A stretch of 63,698 nucleotides of DNA from Salpingoeca rosetta. Taxonomy: Eukaryota > Protista > Choanoflagellata. Position numbers and translations under genes: made by a program. Under the pieces are notes generated by a model. It was not told the DNA's origin. It did not search any database and saw nothing but the letters and a program-made list of their open reading frames with translations. The stretch covers positions 315,421-379,118 of the forward strand of contig JAWQFM010000007.1 in assembly GCA_033442325.1 (NCBI GenBank). The letters run 5' to 3'. Each line of letters starts with the position of its first letter. Within the stretch, counting starts at the first letter, position 1. Below are positions 44,267-63,698 of this stretch, in pieces.

Positions 44267-44649
44267 ACTTGTGTGTGTGTGCACTTATGTGTGTGTGTGT
44301 GTGTGTGTGTGCGTGCAGTTGTGCAGTGTGTGGTTACCTGTGTGTGCTCTTCCTCATGTCCTCAAGTACCCAAACGCTCATTTTGCCCCCGCCTCCTTCA
44401 AACATCCACGTGTGCACAGGCTGTGTCGAAGCGTGGGAGCACGCCTGCACCACAGGCGGAGGAGGCCGTGGCCTCGCTGGATCTGCTGCTGATGTGGGTC
44501 ACACTTCGTTTCTTCGAGACAAACCCGCGCACCCAGCTCAAGGCCATGACCTTCCTCAAGGTCTGTGAGTGTGTGCCTGTGTGGGTGTATTTGCGTGATA
44601 GTGTGTGTGTCTGTGTGTGTATTTGCGTGCTGGTGTGTGTGTGTGTGTG

Positions 44650-44682
<33 letters not shown>

Positions 44683-45144
44683 ACGACGTGTTTCCCAAGT
44701 GTACGATGGTTGGTGTCGCAGTAGCGTATTGGTCTGCCTGATTGTTTCGTTCATAATCGCCAACCTTACGAGAATTGTCTGCTGCTGCTTGCCTGCAGAA
44801 TCTGTTTGAGACGGTTGTGGATCAGGGATACAGCATGTCGGACTATGAGGCCGCGTCGTTTGTTCCATATCTCATCCAGAAGGTGAATTGCACCAGCACC
44901 ATGTCTGCAGATGGGATGATCATGGGTTGTTCTTGAAGAGGGCGAGGGCCGTGTTGGTGTTGTTGCGTGTGGACGGAGTTGCCCATGAGCCTTTGCGTGC
45001 AGAATGGTGGCTGTTGCTTTTATTGTTGTGCCGCGCTCGTGCACGTGCTCGTTGACTCCTCGTCATTAATGCTCTGTCTCTCGCGTCACCCACACGCCCC
45101 TGCATAACACTCACACATGCAAACGTTTTTGTTTGTTCACACAC

Positions 45145-45186
<42 letters not shown>

Positions 45187-45934
45187 TTGCCAACGTGCAC
45201 CGTTTTAGCTTGGTGATAAGATGGAGAACATCCGTGAAGATACGCATGCGGTGCTGCGTACATTGCCACAGGTCTACACGGGCAACCGCCTCTTCTCCTA
45301 CCTCCTCGACGTACGTGGAACCCATGTGTGCATGTGTGCATGTGTGTTGCGCGCGTGTGTGTGTGCGTGTGTGCGTGTGTTTGCACACGCGTGATTGATT
45401 TTTTTTTGGTTGTCTCAAGTGATCAACAAAGCCGTAGCATGTAACCTTCCAGTTTACACTGACCCAAGAGTCACATTGCCACTTTAATGCCCTGTCGGTG
45501 CGCCGTTCAGGGTTTGAAGAGCAAGAACGCCCGCCAGCGGACGGGCTGTCTCGTGGCCATGAACCACATGCTCAGCAAGAGCGGCATGACTGTACTCGAG
45601 GTGCGTCGTGCTGTGTTTGGGATCGAGGATGAGAAGTCGGGAAGTGGTGACGGGAGACTGAGGCGTTGGGTGAGAAGTAGGATGTGGGATGTGGAGTAAG
45701 AGTTTAGGCCTTTGTGCTACTTTGTGCCGACGTTGCCATCGCTCTGCTGTGTCGCTTCCCACTCCCTTGTCACCTACTGTCTATGTTGTGCTTATTGCTC
45801 TTTTCGCTTTTGGTGTGATTCCCCATGTGAGCAGCAAATCGGTGCGCCCAAAGCGCTCAAGACGGTCACAAAGCAAGTTGCCGACCGCGACCACTCTGTC
45901 CGCTCTGCAGGTTCGTGTACTGTCATTGTGGCTG

Positions 45935-45975
<41 letters not shown>

Positions 45976-47448
45976 CTGGTGGTGGTGGCGGTGGTGATGG
46001 TGATGGGTGCATTTGATTTCTCGCGTTTGGTCTTCGTGCTGTGAGTGTGCCAACTGTGTCGTGAGTTGTGTACAATTGTGCGTTCAGCGTGGTCTGAAGT
46101 TGGCTGCGTGTGGTTCTGTCAACTGTTCATCGCATCACACTCTCCCTTGCCGTTCTCACCACTGGTTCCACCCTCTTCCCCATTCTCGACCCCCGTTGTT
46201 CTCTATTTCCTCCCCTGCACCCTCCCACACCCCCGTTCCATCCACAGCACTCGACTTTCTGGTGACAGCGCACAACATTCAGGGCGACGGCATCTACAAG
46301 CTCATGGGCAGCGTTCCCGACAAGAGCATGAGGTACGCGTTGTTGTGTGCGCGTGTACATGTATGTGTGCGTTGTTGTGTGCGTGTGTATATACATGTGT
46401 GCGTTGTTGTGTGCGTGTGTGAATGTGTGAGTTGTGTGTGTGTGTGTGTGTGCTACAGAGAATCGTTTTGCTCACAGCCATTGCTTGTCTTTGCTTTCCT
46501 GCTGCGTGCATACACACACGTGTGTGTTCAGTCTGATTACGGAGCGCGTGAAGCGGATGGCAAAGAGCCGCGGCGGCAGCTCGGCTTCCGTCACCGCAAA
46601 CGCAAAGGTCTGTGTGAAGCCGTGTTATGTTCTGTTGCCTGCAAGCAACCAAGCACCACGAAGCGCTCGCACATCTGCGTGTATCATATCTGTTACCCGT
46701 GTGGGCCATTGCTGTCTGGTATGTGAATACTGTGTCGTGCAATGACACCACCCTAACTTTGCGTTCCTTTGCCACGCGTTCAGGGTGTGGACGCTGGTTC
46801 CGGACGTCCGAAATCGAGCAAATCTTCCGTGGCGGCAGCGTCGTCGTCAAATGACACCACGCGGTCTGCATCAGCTGCGTCGCTCAAGCCCAGCGTCGCA
46901 CAGGAGTTTAGCCTGGATCTCGACTCACTCAACCTCCCTGCCGCAACGGAAATGGTGCACATGTGGCTGTGTTTTGTGCTTGCATGTATGCGTGCGTGTG
47001 TGTATGTATGTGTGTGTGCGTGTATGCTCCGAGTGCGTGTGTCGATTGGCCGTATGTGGGTACATGTGCGTATTTACATCTGTATGTGTACATGTGCACG
47101 TGCATCTGTACGTCGTGCACATGTGCCTACGTCGTGCACGTGTGCCTGTGTGCATGTCGCTTGTCCATCCTCTTCCAGTCATCACACCTAACGCCTCCCC
47201 CACTTTGTCCACCCCCCCCCCCCACATTGCCGCCGTCACCAGAAAATGCCTGAGCTGGCGCCAACAGAGATTGACGAGGCAGCGCCAGCAACGTATCCCC
47301 AGCAGCAGCAGCAGCAACCGCAACAACAACCACAGCAGCAGCAACATGCGTCGTCTGCAAACGCCAGTATGGTTGCCATGCACCAGCCACCTGCACAGCA
47401 GCCAGTCATCACCCCAGCCGCCACACTCCCACAGCAGGTGTGTGTGTG

Positions 47449-47480
<32 letters not shown>

Positions 47481-49862
47481 CGTGTATGTGTGTGTGTGTG
47501 TATGTGTGTGTGTGTGTAGGCGTTTTGGATGCTTTTCCCTTTTTTTTTCCTTTTCTGGTACACTTGAGCGCATACATACTTGCTTGTCAAGTCACAACTC
47601 CTTGAATCATCTCATGCTTGTGATCAACCCATGCCCGTTCACCGCCATGTCCAGCCGACGGTGACGCTTGAGGACATTATCGACCACATCAGCAGCACGG
47701 ACATGCGTCAGGCCGTGCACGCCCTCAAGATGGCTGAGGATCTTGTCAAGGACAAGGACATCAACATGCTGTCCAGTGTTGGCTCCCTCGTCACCGCATG
47801 CACGCTGCAGCTTCGTCTCGTGTTCACCGTGCATGCTGTCCGCGCCCAGGAGGTGTCGAGCCCCGGCAAGCGGCCGGAGGCTGTGCGCTTGTGCAAGCAC
47901 GTGCTGTCTTGCATCATGCACGTGTACGAGGGCCGCGCGTTTGCGCGATCGGTGCCGGACCACGTGCAGCAGCAGCTGCTGGTTGAGTTGGTGTCCCGCC
48001 TGCTTGATGAGAAGATTGAGCAGTGGCAGGACGGCGCACACATCTCCCGCGCACTGAACATGATCCTCCTGCGTATTCTGGAGAACAGCCGGCGTGACGT
48101 GACGTTTGCTGTTCTGATCCGCGTGCTCAACGACGCGTGCGCTGAGAAGATGGTCGTGCCGCATCGCTTCACGGAGCTGATTATGAAGTGCCTGTGGAAG
48201 CTCACGAAGACGCTTGCGGAGCACCTGTCCGAGATCAACGTGGCGCAGCTGCTGAGAGAGATTCACGAGTTTCTCGTGGCCCACCCGCCCGTGGAGTGGA
48301 AGAAGCGAAGCAACGACATGCCCCTGCGTACCATGAAGACCATCCTCAACTCGCTGGTCAAGGCACTGGGCTCGTCCGTAATGACGCACCTGAGCCTGAT
48401 TGGGCAGTCCCCACTGGACACGGCTGTCGGGTCGTACGTGCTGCTGATGCTCAAGCGCGACGGGCACACAGACGAGCAGCTCAAGGCGCTGCTGCCAACG
48501 ACGTCGGAGATCAGACAGCACCAGCAGCAGCACCAACAGCAACAACAGCAGGACGAGGAGGAAGGAGTGTCGTCGTCATTTGTGGTGTCGCCATCGGAGC
48601 GTGTCAACACGACGGTGGATGCGACTGCCACTGGCGTGTCGCCCAACATCACCGTGGACGCACCCACGTCCGCATCTTCCTCGGGCCTTCCAAAGCCGTC
48701 GTCGTCGTTGCGTGCAAGCACAGGCATTCCAGCAGCAAAGCCGAGTGCGGTGAGCAGCCTGAGTGCACGCCTTGCGCGCGCCAAGAGCAAGATGGCGTCT
48801 CGCGACAGCACAAGCGTTGCCAGCTCGCATGCCGGTGAGGCTGATGATGAGGGCGCGCACGGGCTTGGTAGCCTGCGGTCTGGCTCACATCTTGGTGTTG
48901 ACCCGCGGCACACGCTGCGGGACCGCTTTGACAGCGTGGCGGAGTTTGTTGCGATGGAGGCGCAGACGCAAGCGCGCCGCACAGACTCAACAGCGGCGCT
49001 GTCACGGCAGCAGACTGCTGCACCCACGATTGCCGATGATGAGGCACGCGAGCGCATTCACGCCATCCTGGCGCGGGTGACGGCGAAGGACACGACACGG
49101 CAGGGCCTGCGGGAGCTGAAGGAGTTTAAGGAGCAGCACCCCGAGGTTGATGTCATGTCGCATTGCCAGCACTTGTCGAGTTACATGCAGAGTTACATCC
49201 AGCGGCGCCTGGATGAGGTGGACGTGACGTCCAGTGTTGTGTCCAGCAGCGTTGGGGCGCCGGCCAGCACGGCTGTCTCGTATTGGGAGCGGCTGCGCGC
49301 ACTTCAGAGTCAGGTGTCATCTGGTGGTGACGGCGACACGAGCGCAATGGACGTCTCCACCTCCATCGCCCGCGCTCCCGTCCAGCAAGAGTTCAACCTG
49401 CCCGAGGTGTGTGTGTGTGTGTCTGTGTGTCTTTGTGTGCGAGTGCGTGCGTGCGTGCGTGCGTGTGTCTGTGTGTCTGTGTGTCTGTGTGTTTGTGTGT
49501 GTGTGTGTGTGTCTGTGTGTGTCTGTGTGTTTATGCATGGATCTGTGTGTGTGTGTGTGTGTTTATGCATGGATCTCTGTGTGTGTGTGTGTGTCTGTGT
49601 GTCTGTGTGCGTGTGTCTGTGTATGTTTGCGTGTCTATGTGGGTGTCTGTGTATGCACTCGAGCTTAAACGACGAGTGCACCCGTCCCAAATTCTCACTT
49701 CAGTTACCCCCTTCCCCACCAAACGTTCAGGTTGCTCCTGTGGACACGCGGATGCCGCTTCAGCGCAAAGATAACGAGCAGCAGGATGGGACGCAGCAGA
49801 AGTCGCTTGCATCGCTCAAGGCGCGCTTGGCCAAGCTCAAGCAGGGCCAGGCATCCCACTGA
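35900..49862 (+). CDS. CKAP5: XMAP215/ch-TOG/Dis1 microtubule polymerase
   Basis: MAAETDFSALSLQDRLTHK|VWKARLSAYEEL; TOG-domain W motifs (SKWSIRRDAL, SAWKEKLEG, KSWKVRNEGL); WKETNFQ; LRFFETN; ELIMKCLWKL; DMPLRTMKTIL; C-terminal SLKARLAKLK. Confidence 0.96.
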
Positions 49863-50130
49863 TAAGGCCGCAACAGTCGGCAGCAGAAAGCACTGCGCAT
49901 GCGTGTGTGTGTGTGTGTGTGTGTATGAGGGACAGAAAGCAAAGAGAGAGGAAGGGCGTGGTGGGGGCTGTACTGTTGTTTGTTGTCTTTGCGTGCACAT
50001 CATTACTTGTCTTCATTCATTTACAGAGCCCGTTGGTACAGAGAGGTTCATACCAGTAAACATGACACAGTGGACACTGGATCAGGGGTGTAAGGGGTCC
50101 CCATCACACATTACACACACAACACAACAC

Positions 50131-50193
<63 letters not shown>

Positions 50194-50202
50194 CACACTC
50201 TC

Positions 50203-50916
50203 TCAATGGAGGAGGGAGACAAAGTCTGCGCCAGCGCAATCAATGGGCTGTGAAGCGCGGTGCCAGATGGTGAGGGAATCCCGCTGATACGGCCAACGCG
50301 GTAACTCCACGCGCTGGGAGAGGCGAAAGTGCTGCGTGAGGTGCTGCTGGCAAGCAGCGGAGGTGGACTGGCCCCAAGGGTTTGCAGACAGCGTCTCGCC
50401 ACGCAGCTCGCCAACATGCGCGACGACATTCCCCGAAAACGCGCGCAGGCAATCGAGGCCAAAGGTGCAGGCCTCGCTGTCGTCTGGCCACGCCAAGAAC
50501 AGGCCATCACCATCGCACGCGTGCTCGCTGATGTATTCTGGGCCTGCAGTATCGACATGCACGTGGCGCATTGGCTCGGGATATGCCGTGTTCTTGTCGA
50601 AGCAGCGCACCGTGAGCCCAAAGTCGCGCTGCATGAGCAGCTCCCAGTAGCCCGTGCCGCTTCCACACGAGATCCACTGGCGCACGCTTGGCTCGCGGGC
50701 CAGCGCTTGCAGTGCTCGTGTTGTTGGGATGGAGAAGGCGTACTTGACCTGCAGCGCCATGGGCGAGAGCGGGTCCTCTGCGTTGCGCATCCACGCTATG
50801 GCCTGCCTTCGCGTCTCTTCGTCCGCCTCCCTCGACGCGAACAGCCACACGCCTTCCGGTGCCGCCCGCATCACCTCCTCATGCAGCCGCTCATATTCGG
50901 AAGGGTTGCTGCTCAT
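50203..50916 (-). CDS. Uncharacterised class I SAM-dependent methyltransferase-fold protein, intronless
   Basis: 237-aa ORF with YAFSIP, motif I ISCGSGTGYW, acidic motif II VRCFD, LFLAWP and VAHVGE. Confidence 0.72.
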   Translation of the reverse strand: MSSNPSEYERLHEEVMRAAPEGVWLFASREADEETRRQAIAWMRNAEDPLSPMALQVKYAFSIPTTRALQALAREPSVRQWISCGSGTGYWELLMQRDFGLTVRCFDKNTAYPEPMRHVHVDTAGPEYISEHACDGDGLFLAWPDDSEACTFGLDCLRAFSGNVVAHVGELRGETLSANPWGQSTSAACQQHLTQHFRLSQRVELPRWPYQRDSLTIWHRASQPIDCAGADFVSLLH

Positions 50917-51062
50917 GCGTCTGTCTTGTGCGTTGTGCAGGTGTTGTGCAGGTGTTGTGCAGTTGTGACATGAGGTGTGTGCAGTTGTGAAGAAGGACCA
51001 CTCCAATTTTAACAAGCAAGCAAGAAGCAAGAAGCAAGCAACAAGGAAGAAAGGAAGCGAAG

Positions 51063-52636
<1,574 letters not shown>

Positions 52637-52783
52637 CCGTGGAGCACAAGCACAATGACCGAGACACACTCTGGCAATGTATGAGCGCGAATGACACGCT
52701 GTTATCCAATGCTGTTAGTAGAATTAAATGACTGAAATCAACGAACACACACACACACACACACACAAGCGTTCACTCGAAGC

Positions 52784-59871
<7,088 letters not shown>

Positions 59872-60039
59872 CGTCAAAGCTGTGCGTGGGGCGGGCTGTA
59901 TTGGGTGGTGGTGTGCGCGCAAAAAAAAAACGAAAAGAAGCGTGTTCGAATTCGCCCGCGAATTCTTCTGTCTCATTGCATTTAGGTGTTTCTGTCTGTC
60001 GCATGTCGCCGCAGAGACACGCTTGTGCAAACACCGACA

Positions 60040-60823
60040 CATCCTCAGCTTCGACAAGTCTGGCGATTACACCGTGTTTGACCTCGTGTTTGCCGCCCCC
60101 GCGGCCAGCTCGTACCAACCACAGGCCGCCAAAGCCAACCTCTACGCGGCGTCGCAGGCGGAACAACGCAAGATCAAGAAGTACCAGGCCATCCTACGCG
60201 ACCAGGGCGACTTCAAATTTGTGCCGATTGCGATCGAGGCCGGCTCGGGCGCCTGGGGCTCGAAGTTCCGGAAGTTCTTCAGCAGCGACCTTATGTCCAC
60301 GACGGACCCACAAACACCACCACACGTGCGCACTTTTACCTCCATGCACAGCAGCACGTACTGGCGGCAAGTGTTGTCCATCGCGAGATGCAAGGCTGAG
60401 TGCTACGCGAACCTCCGGTGCATCGGCCAGATGCCTCACGACAAGCGGGGCAAAAACCAGCCGGGCTCGGTCCGGGCGGGAGACACACACACTCCCCGCC
60501 AGAGCACCCAGACGGTACAACGAGCGCGCGCTCAAGCCCAGCGCAACCACCAACAGGGCAAGCGCACCCGCAAGCGCAAGCGTCCGCAGACCACACCCCC
60601 CGGCCACAGCGGCCAGCGCAGCAATGACAGCAACAACGGCACTGCTGCCACCGCCGCTGCCACCGCCACCACCGACAACGATGAGGGACAGCCACGCAGC
60701 GCCCCAGTGACCTCACGAAGCCCCGGTGGCCCGGCCGCAACAGAGCCCCCTGCAACTGTCTAAGCGACAGTCGCAGCACTACACATGAGCCTCGCACCGA
60801 GGCACTTGGTTTCTATCTATCTA
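60040..60823 (+). mobile_element. 5'-truncated non-LTR retrotransposon, restriction-like endonuclease (RLE; CRE-like) C-terminus
   Basis: Reading frame TVFDLV...AASQAEQRKIKKY...FVPIAIEAGSGAWG...YWRQVLSIA matches the RLE D...E..K..KY...F.P...E..G.WG pattern. Stop at 60763, then a short (CTAT)n tail at about 60812-60823. No RT domain is present. Confidence 0.72.
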
Positions 60824-61052
60824 TTGATTCACTTTTCTTTCTGTCTATGAGGCGCGTGCTCTCACACACATTCACCCATGCGCACCGCTGCCCTTTGTTT
60901 TGCCGCAATTGCCTTCCCCATCTCTGAGCGCTGGGAGCAGTGTAAGATTTCAGCGAGTTTTCCCCAATAAACCCCATGTCAACCAAACGGACGGACACGC
61001 TTGTGCACAAGACAAAGACTCACCCTCTCACCCTCTCACCAGCCAGCCAGCC

Positions 61053-61824
61053 ATGACGCTGCGTGCGTTAACGGTGAGTGAGTGGGCCATCATCGCAGAA
61101 TACCTGATGCCGGAACTCCACAACCACCAACAGCAGCTGCAGCAGTGGCCACTCGGCGACATGGCAAAGTGCTGCGTTCGCCCCTCCCAGCGCGACAACT
61201 ACAGGGCCTTCTTCAACCTCATGCTCACATGCCGCGAGTTGTACCAGGACCTGCCGTGGCGAATGCCAAAGTGGTGTCTGGCTGGAGTGTTTAACGAGCT
61301 TGCCGAGCTCCGCACGCTCAACGACGGTGTCGACGACATGGCCGACGAAGAGGCGGCGCGCGCTGACCCTGTTTACGAAATCGAAGGAGGCATCTACGAT
61401 GTTCCACTGCGAGACGCTGGCCCCATCATGATGTGGCTTGATGCATTCCAACAAGAAAAACGTCACCTCCAAAACGAGGACAAAGAACACGAAGGGGATG
61501 GCCCTGCATATGACGCCGCCACACACGCCTGGATGGACAACAGGTTCCTCGCATACAGCTGGCTCGGTGTCACATGGAACAGTGGCTGCGTGTTTCTGCT
61601 CTCCAAAGTAGGTTCTTTTTGTACCGCACGTGATTTCTGGCGCGAGTTTGCGCACTGTGGGCGCGTCGCTTTCAACAGCTTGGAGGCGATGGAACAATGG
61701 GAGATGATGGCAGACTACGCACCGTACATCAACGAAATGGTACTGACACAAGGCTCAGAAGAGCCTTGTCTGGAACTCGACACAACCAGCGACGAGAACC
61801 TCGCATCCCCTGACAAAGCTGTGC

Positions 61825-61891
<67 letters not shown>

Positions 61892-63155
61892 GCAACAACA
61901 ACAACAACAACAGCAACAACAACAACAACAACAGCAGCAGCAACAAACCCTTCCTTCGCCAGCGTTGTTTTTCTCCACAGCGACATTGAACACCCAAGCA
62001 GAGGCGGACCAGTGGAACCGCCTGCGTACCACCGTGTTGGCACGTGCTCAGGGTGAACTGGTGTGCCTGAATCCAAAACCACCCGTCTCCTCCCTCACGG
62101 CGTCCCGCATCAATCAGCTGCGCATCCAAACCAGGCTGCATGCCCCTGGCATTGGTGAGCTGAACCTGCACAGCGTGGGGCACGCCCGATGGGAACTGGT
62201 TGTAAATGACAGTGCGCATGTCGACGAGCTGCGCAACAGCGCACGTGCCCTGGCCGCTGTCTCCGACATACGGCTCGTGTCGCGCGTGCAGCAACCAATT
62301 GACATCACGCCACTAGCCGGGGTGAGGTCGCTCAGCCTCGAGGCCGTCCGTGTTGGCAGCGGCCACGACGTGATTGCAGCCGCACAGACCCTTCACCTCT
62401 CAGATATGACCCTCGATGTCAACACGCTCACCGCCAGCCACGTCCGGCTGACCAACGTGACTGCCGCGCCAGACGTGCTGAACCTGCCCAACGCCACCCA
62501 CATTGAGGTGCTCAACTCAAACATCAAGCGAATCGAATGCCCCTCCCGCATCTGCAGGCTGGTCAGCCACTCGGACCACGTGCCACCCCCGCCCATCCCG
62601 ATCTTTAACCAGGCTGACATGGTGGACATCCACGCCTGCGCCACCCTCATATGCGAGCGGGCGTGGGACCTTCTCGAGTGCACCGACAATGTCGTGTTTC
62701 GCGAGTGCGTTGCCGACATTAGTGATCTGCGCGGGACACCCGACCACGTGCGCGTGCGTGCGTGTGGTATATCTGTGCATGAACCCGCGCCATCCTGCGT
62801 CAAGGCGATGGTGGTGCACAAGGATGACGCCTTCCACTGCAGATTCGTGGCGGGCGTGCCCGTGGTGAACATCTTCGGCAGGTTCGACTCACCACTGCAC
62901 GGTCTCCGCCACCTCTCCGGTCGCACGGCGCTGGGCCTGACCAACTGCATGCTTGATGGTGGCGAGATTGCCGACTGCGGGATACTGCGCTTGCTCCACA
63001 GTCATGGGCGGGTTGGTGTGACCAACATCCAGTCGCTCATGATCGATCACACGCGCGTCGTTGCGCCCAAGCCACCAGCACCCGACGACGCCAACCATGA
63101 TGATAACGGTGGTGGTGGTGATGCTGATGATGATGATGATGATGATGATGATGAC

Positions 63156-63202
<47 letters not shown>

Positions 63203-63623
63203 CGTGTTTGGTGCCGATCCACTGGCGCTGACACATGTGCGCGATGTGTTCACCTGCCGGCTTTTGGATTGCGACGTCCCCGACTTTCGCTGTTTGGCCG
63301 GAGTTCAGCGCCTGGTCCTGAACGATTGCATATTTGATGATGTGGCGTCGCTGCCAGCTGTGCAATCGCTCGTGGTGCGCGCGTGCACAACGCGCGACAA
63401 GACGTGGCATTGGCCGGATTTGGCGCTTGTTGGGCGTGCGGTGGCGGAAATGAGGCAGGTGCTGCTTGCAGGCAAGGACAGGGTTGTTGATGACGACTTG
63501 GACTTTGACTCTGATGACTTTGACCTCGAGGCTGATGATGCCTTTGACCTCGATGCTGACGATGACTTTGATGATGAAAATGAGGACGATGATGAGAATG
63601 AGGAAGCAAGAGGCGAAGCCTAA
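61053..63623 (+). CDS. Intronless protein with F-box-like N-terminus, poly-Q, degenerate LRRs and poly-D tracts
   Basis: 856-codon open frame. LRALTVSEWAIIAEYL...FFNLMLTCRELY is F-box-like; DITPLAGVRSLSL, DFRCLAGVQRLVLNDC and DVASLPAVQSLVVRAC are LRR-like. Confidence 0.65.
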
Positions 63624-63660
63624 GCGTTGGGTGATTGCGGTCGCGAGTCAGTGAACAGTT

Positions 63661-63698
<38 letters not shown>

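Noticed and set aside
59960-60850. TTTCTGTCT on both sides of the retroelement as a target-site duplication
   Set aside because: The copies are not adjacent to the inferred junctions and are low complexity.

Overview
Intron-rich, GC-rich eukaryotic DNA with (GT/CA)n-filled introns and six assembly gaps. Gene content and repeat style suggest a choanoflagellate such as Salpingoeca rosetta (inference). In order: 3' part of PRMT1 (+); ependymin-related protein (-); mucin-like Cys-repeat membrane protein (+); LRR receptor kinase (+); a giant 10.7 kb single-pass surface protein (-); FAM91A1 (+); nurim (-); XMAP215/ch-TOG (+); an intronless SAM-methyltransferase-fold gene (-); an ALDH9-type gene missing its middle (+); PIF1 helicase (-); a 5'-truncated RLE-type non-LTR retrotransposon; and an intronless F-box/LRR-like gene (+). 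The best candidate for a new system is the giant protein at 13410-24096. Dermatopontin, Sushi, EGF, FN3-like and PAN-like modules are fused to an intron-poor core of roughly 1400 aa that resembles large Bacteroidota secreted proteins and has two Gly/Ser/Thr-rich beta-hairpin-like segments. The core is followed by a SEA-like domain, an RRRR site, a TM helix and a C-terminal ESDV PDZ ligand. All family assignments are from motif recognition, not database searches, and exon boundaries were read by hand.
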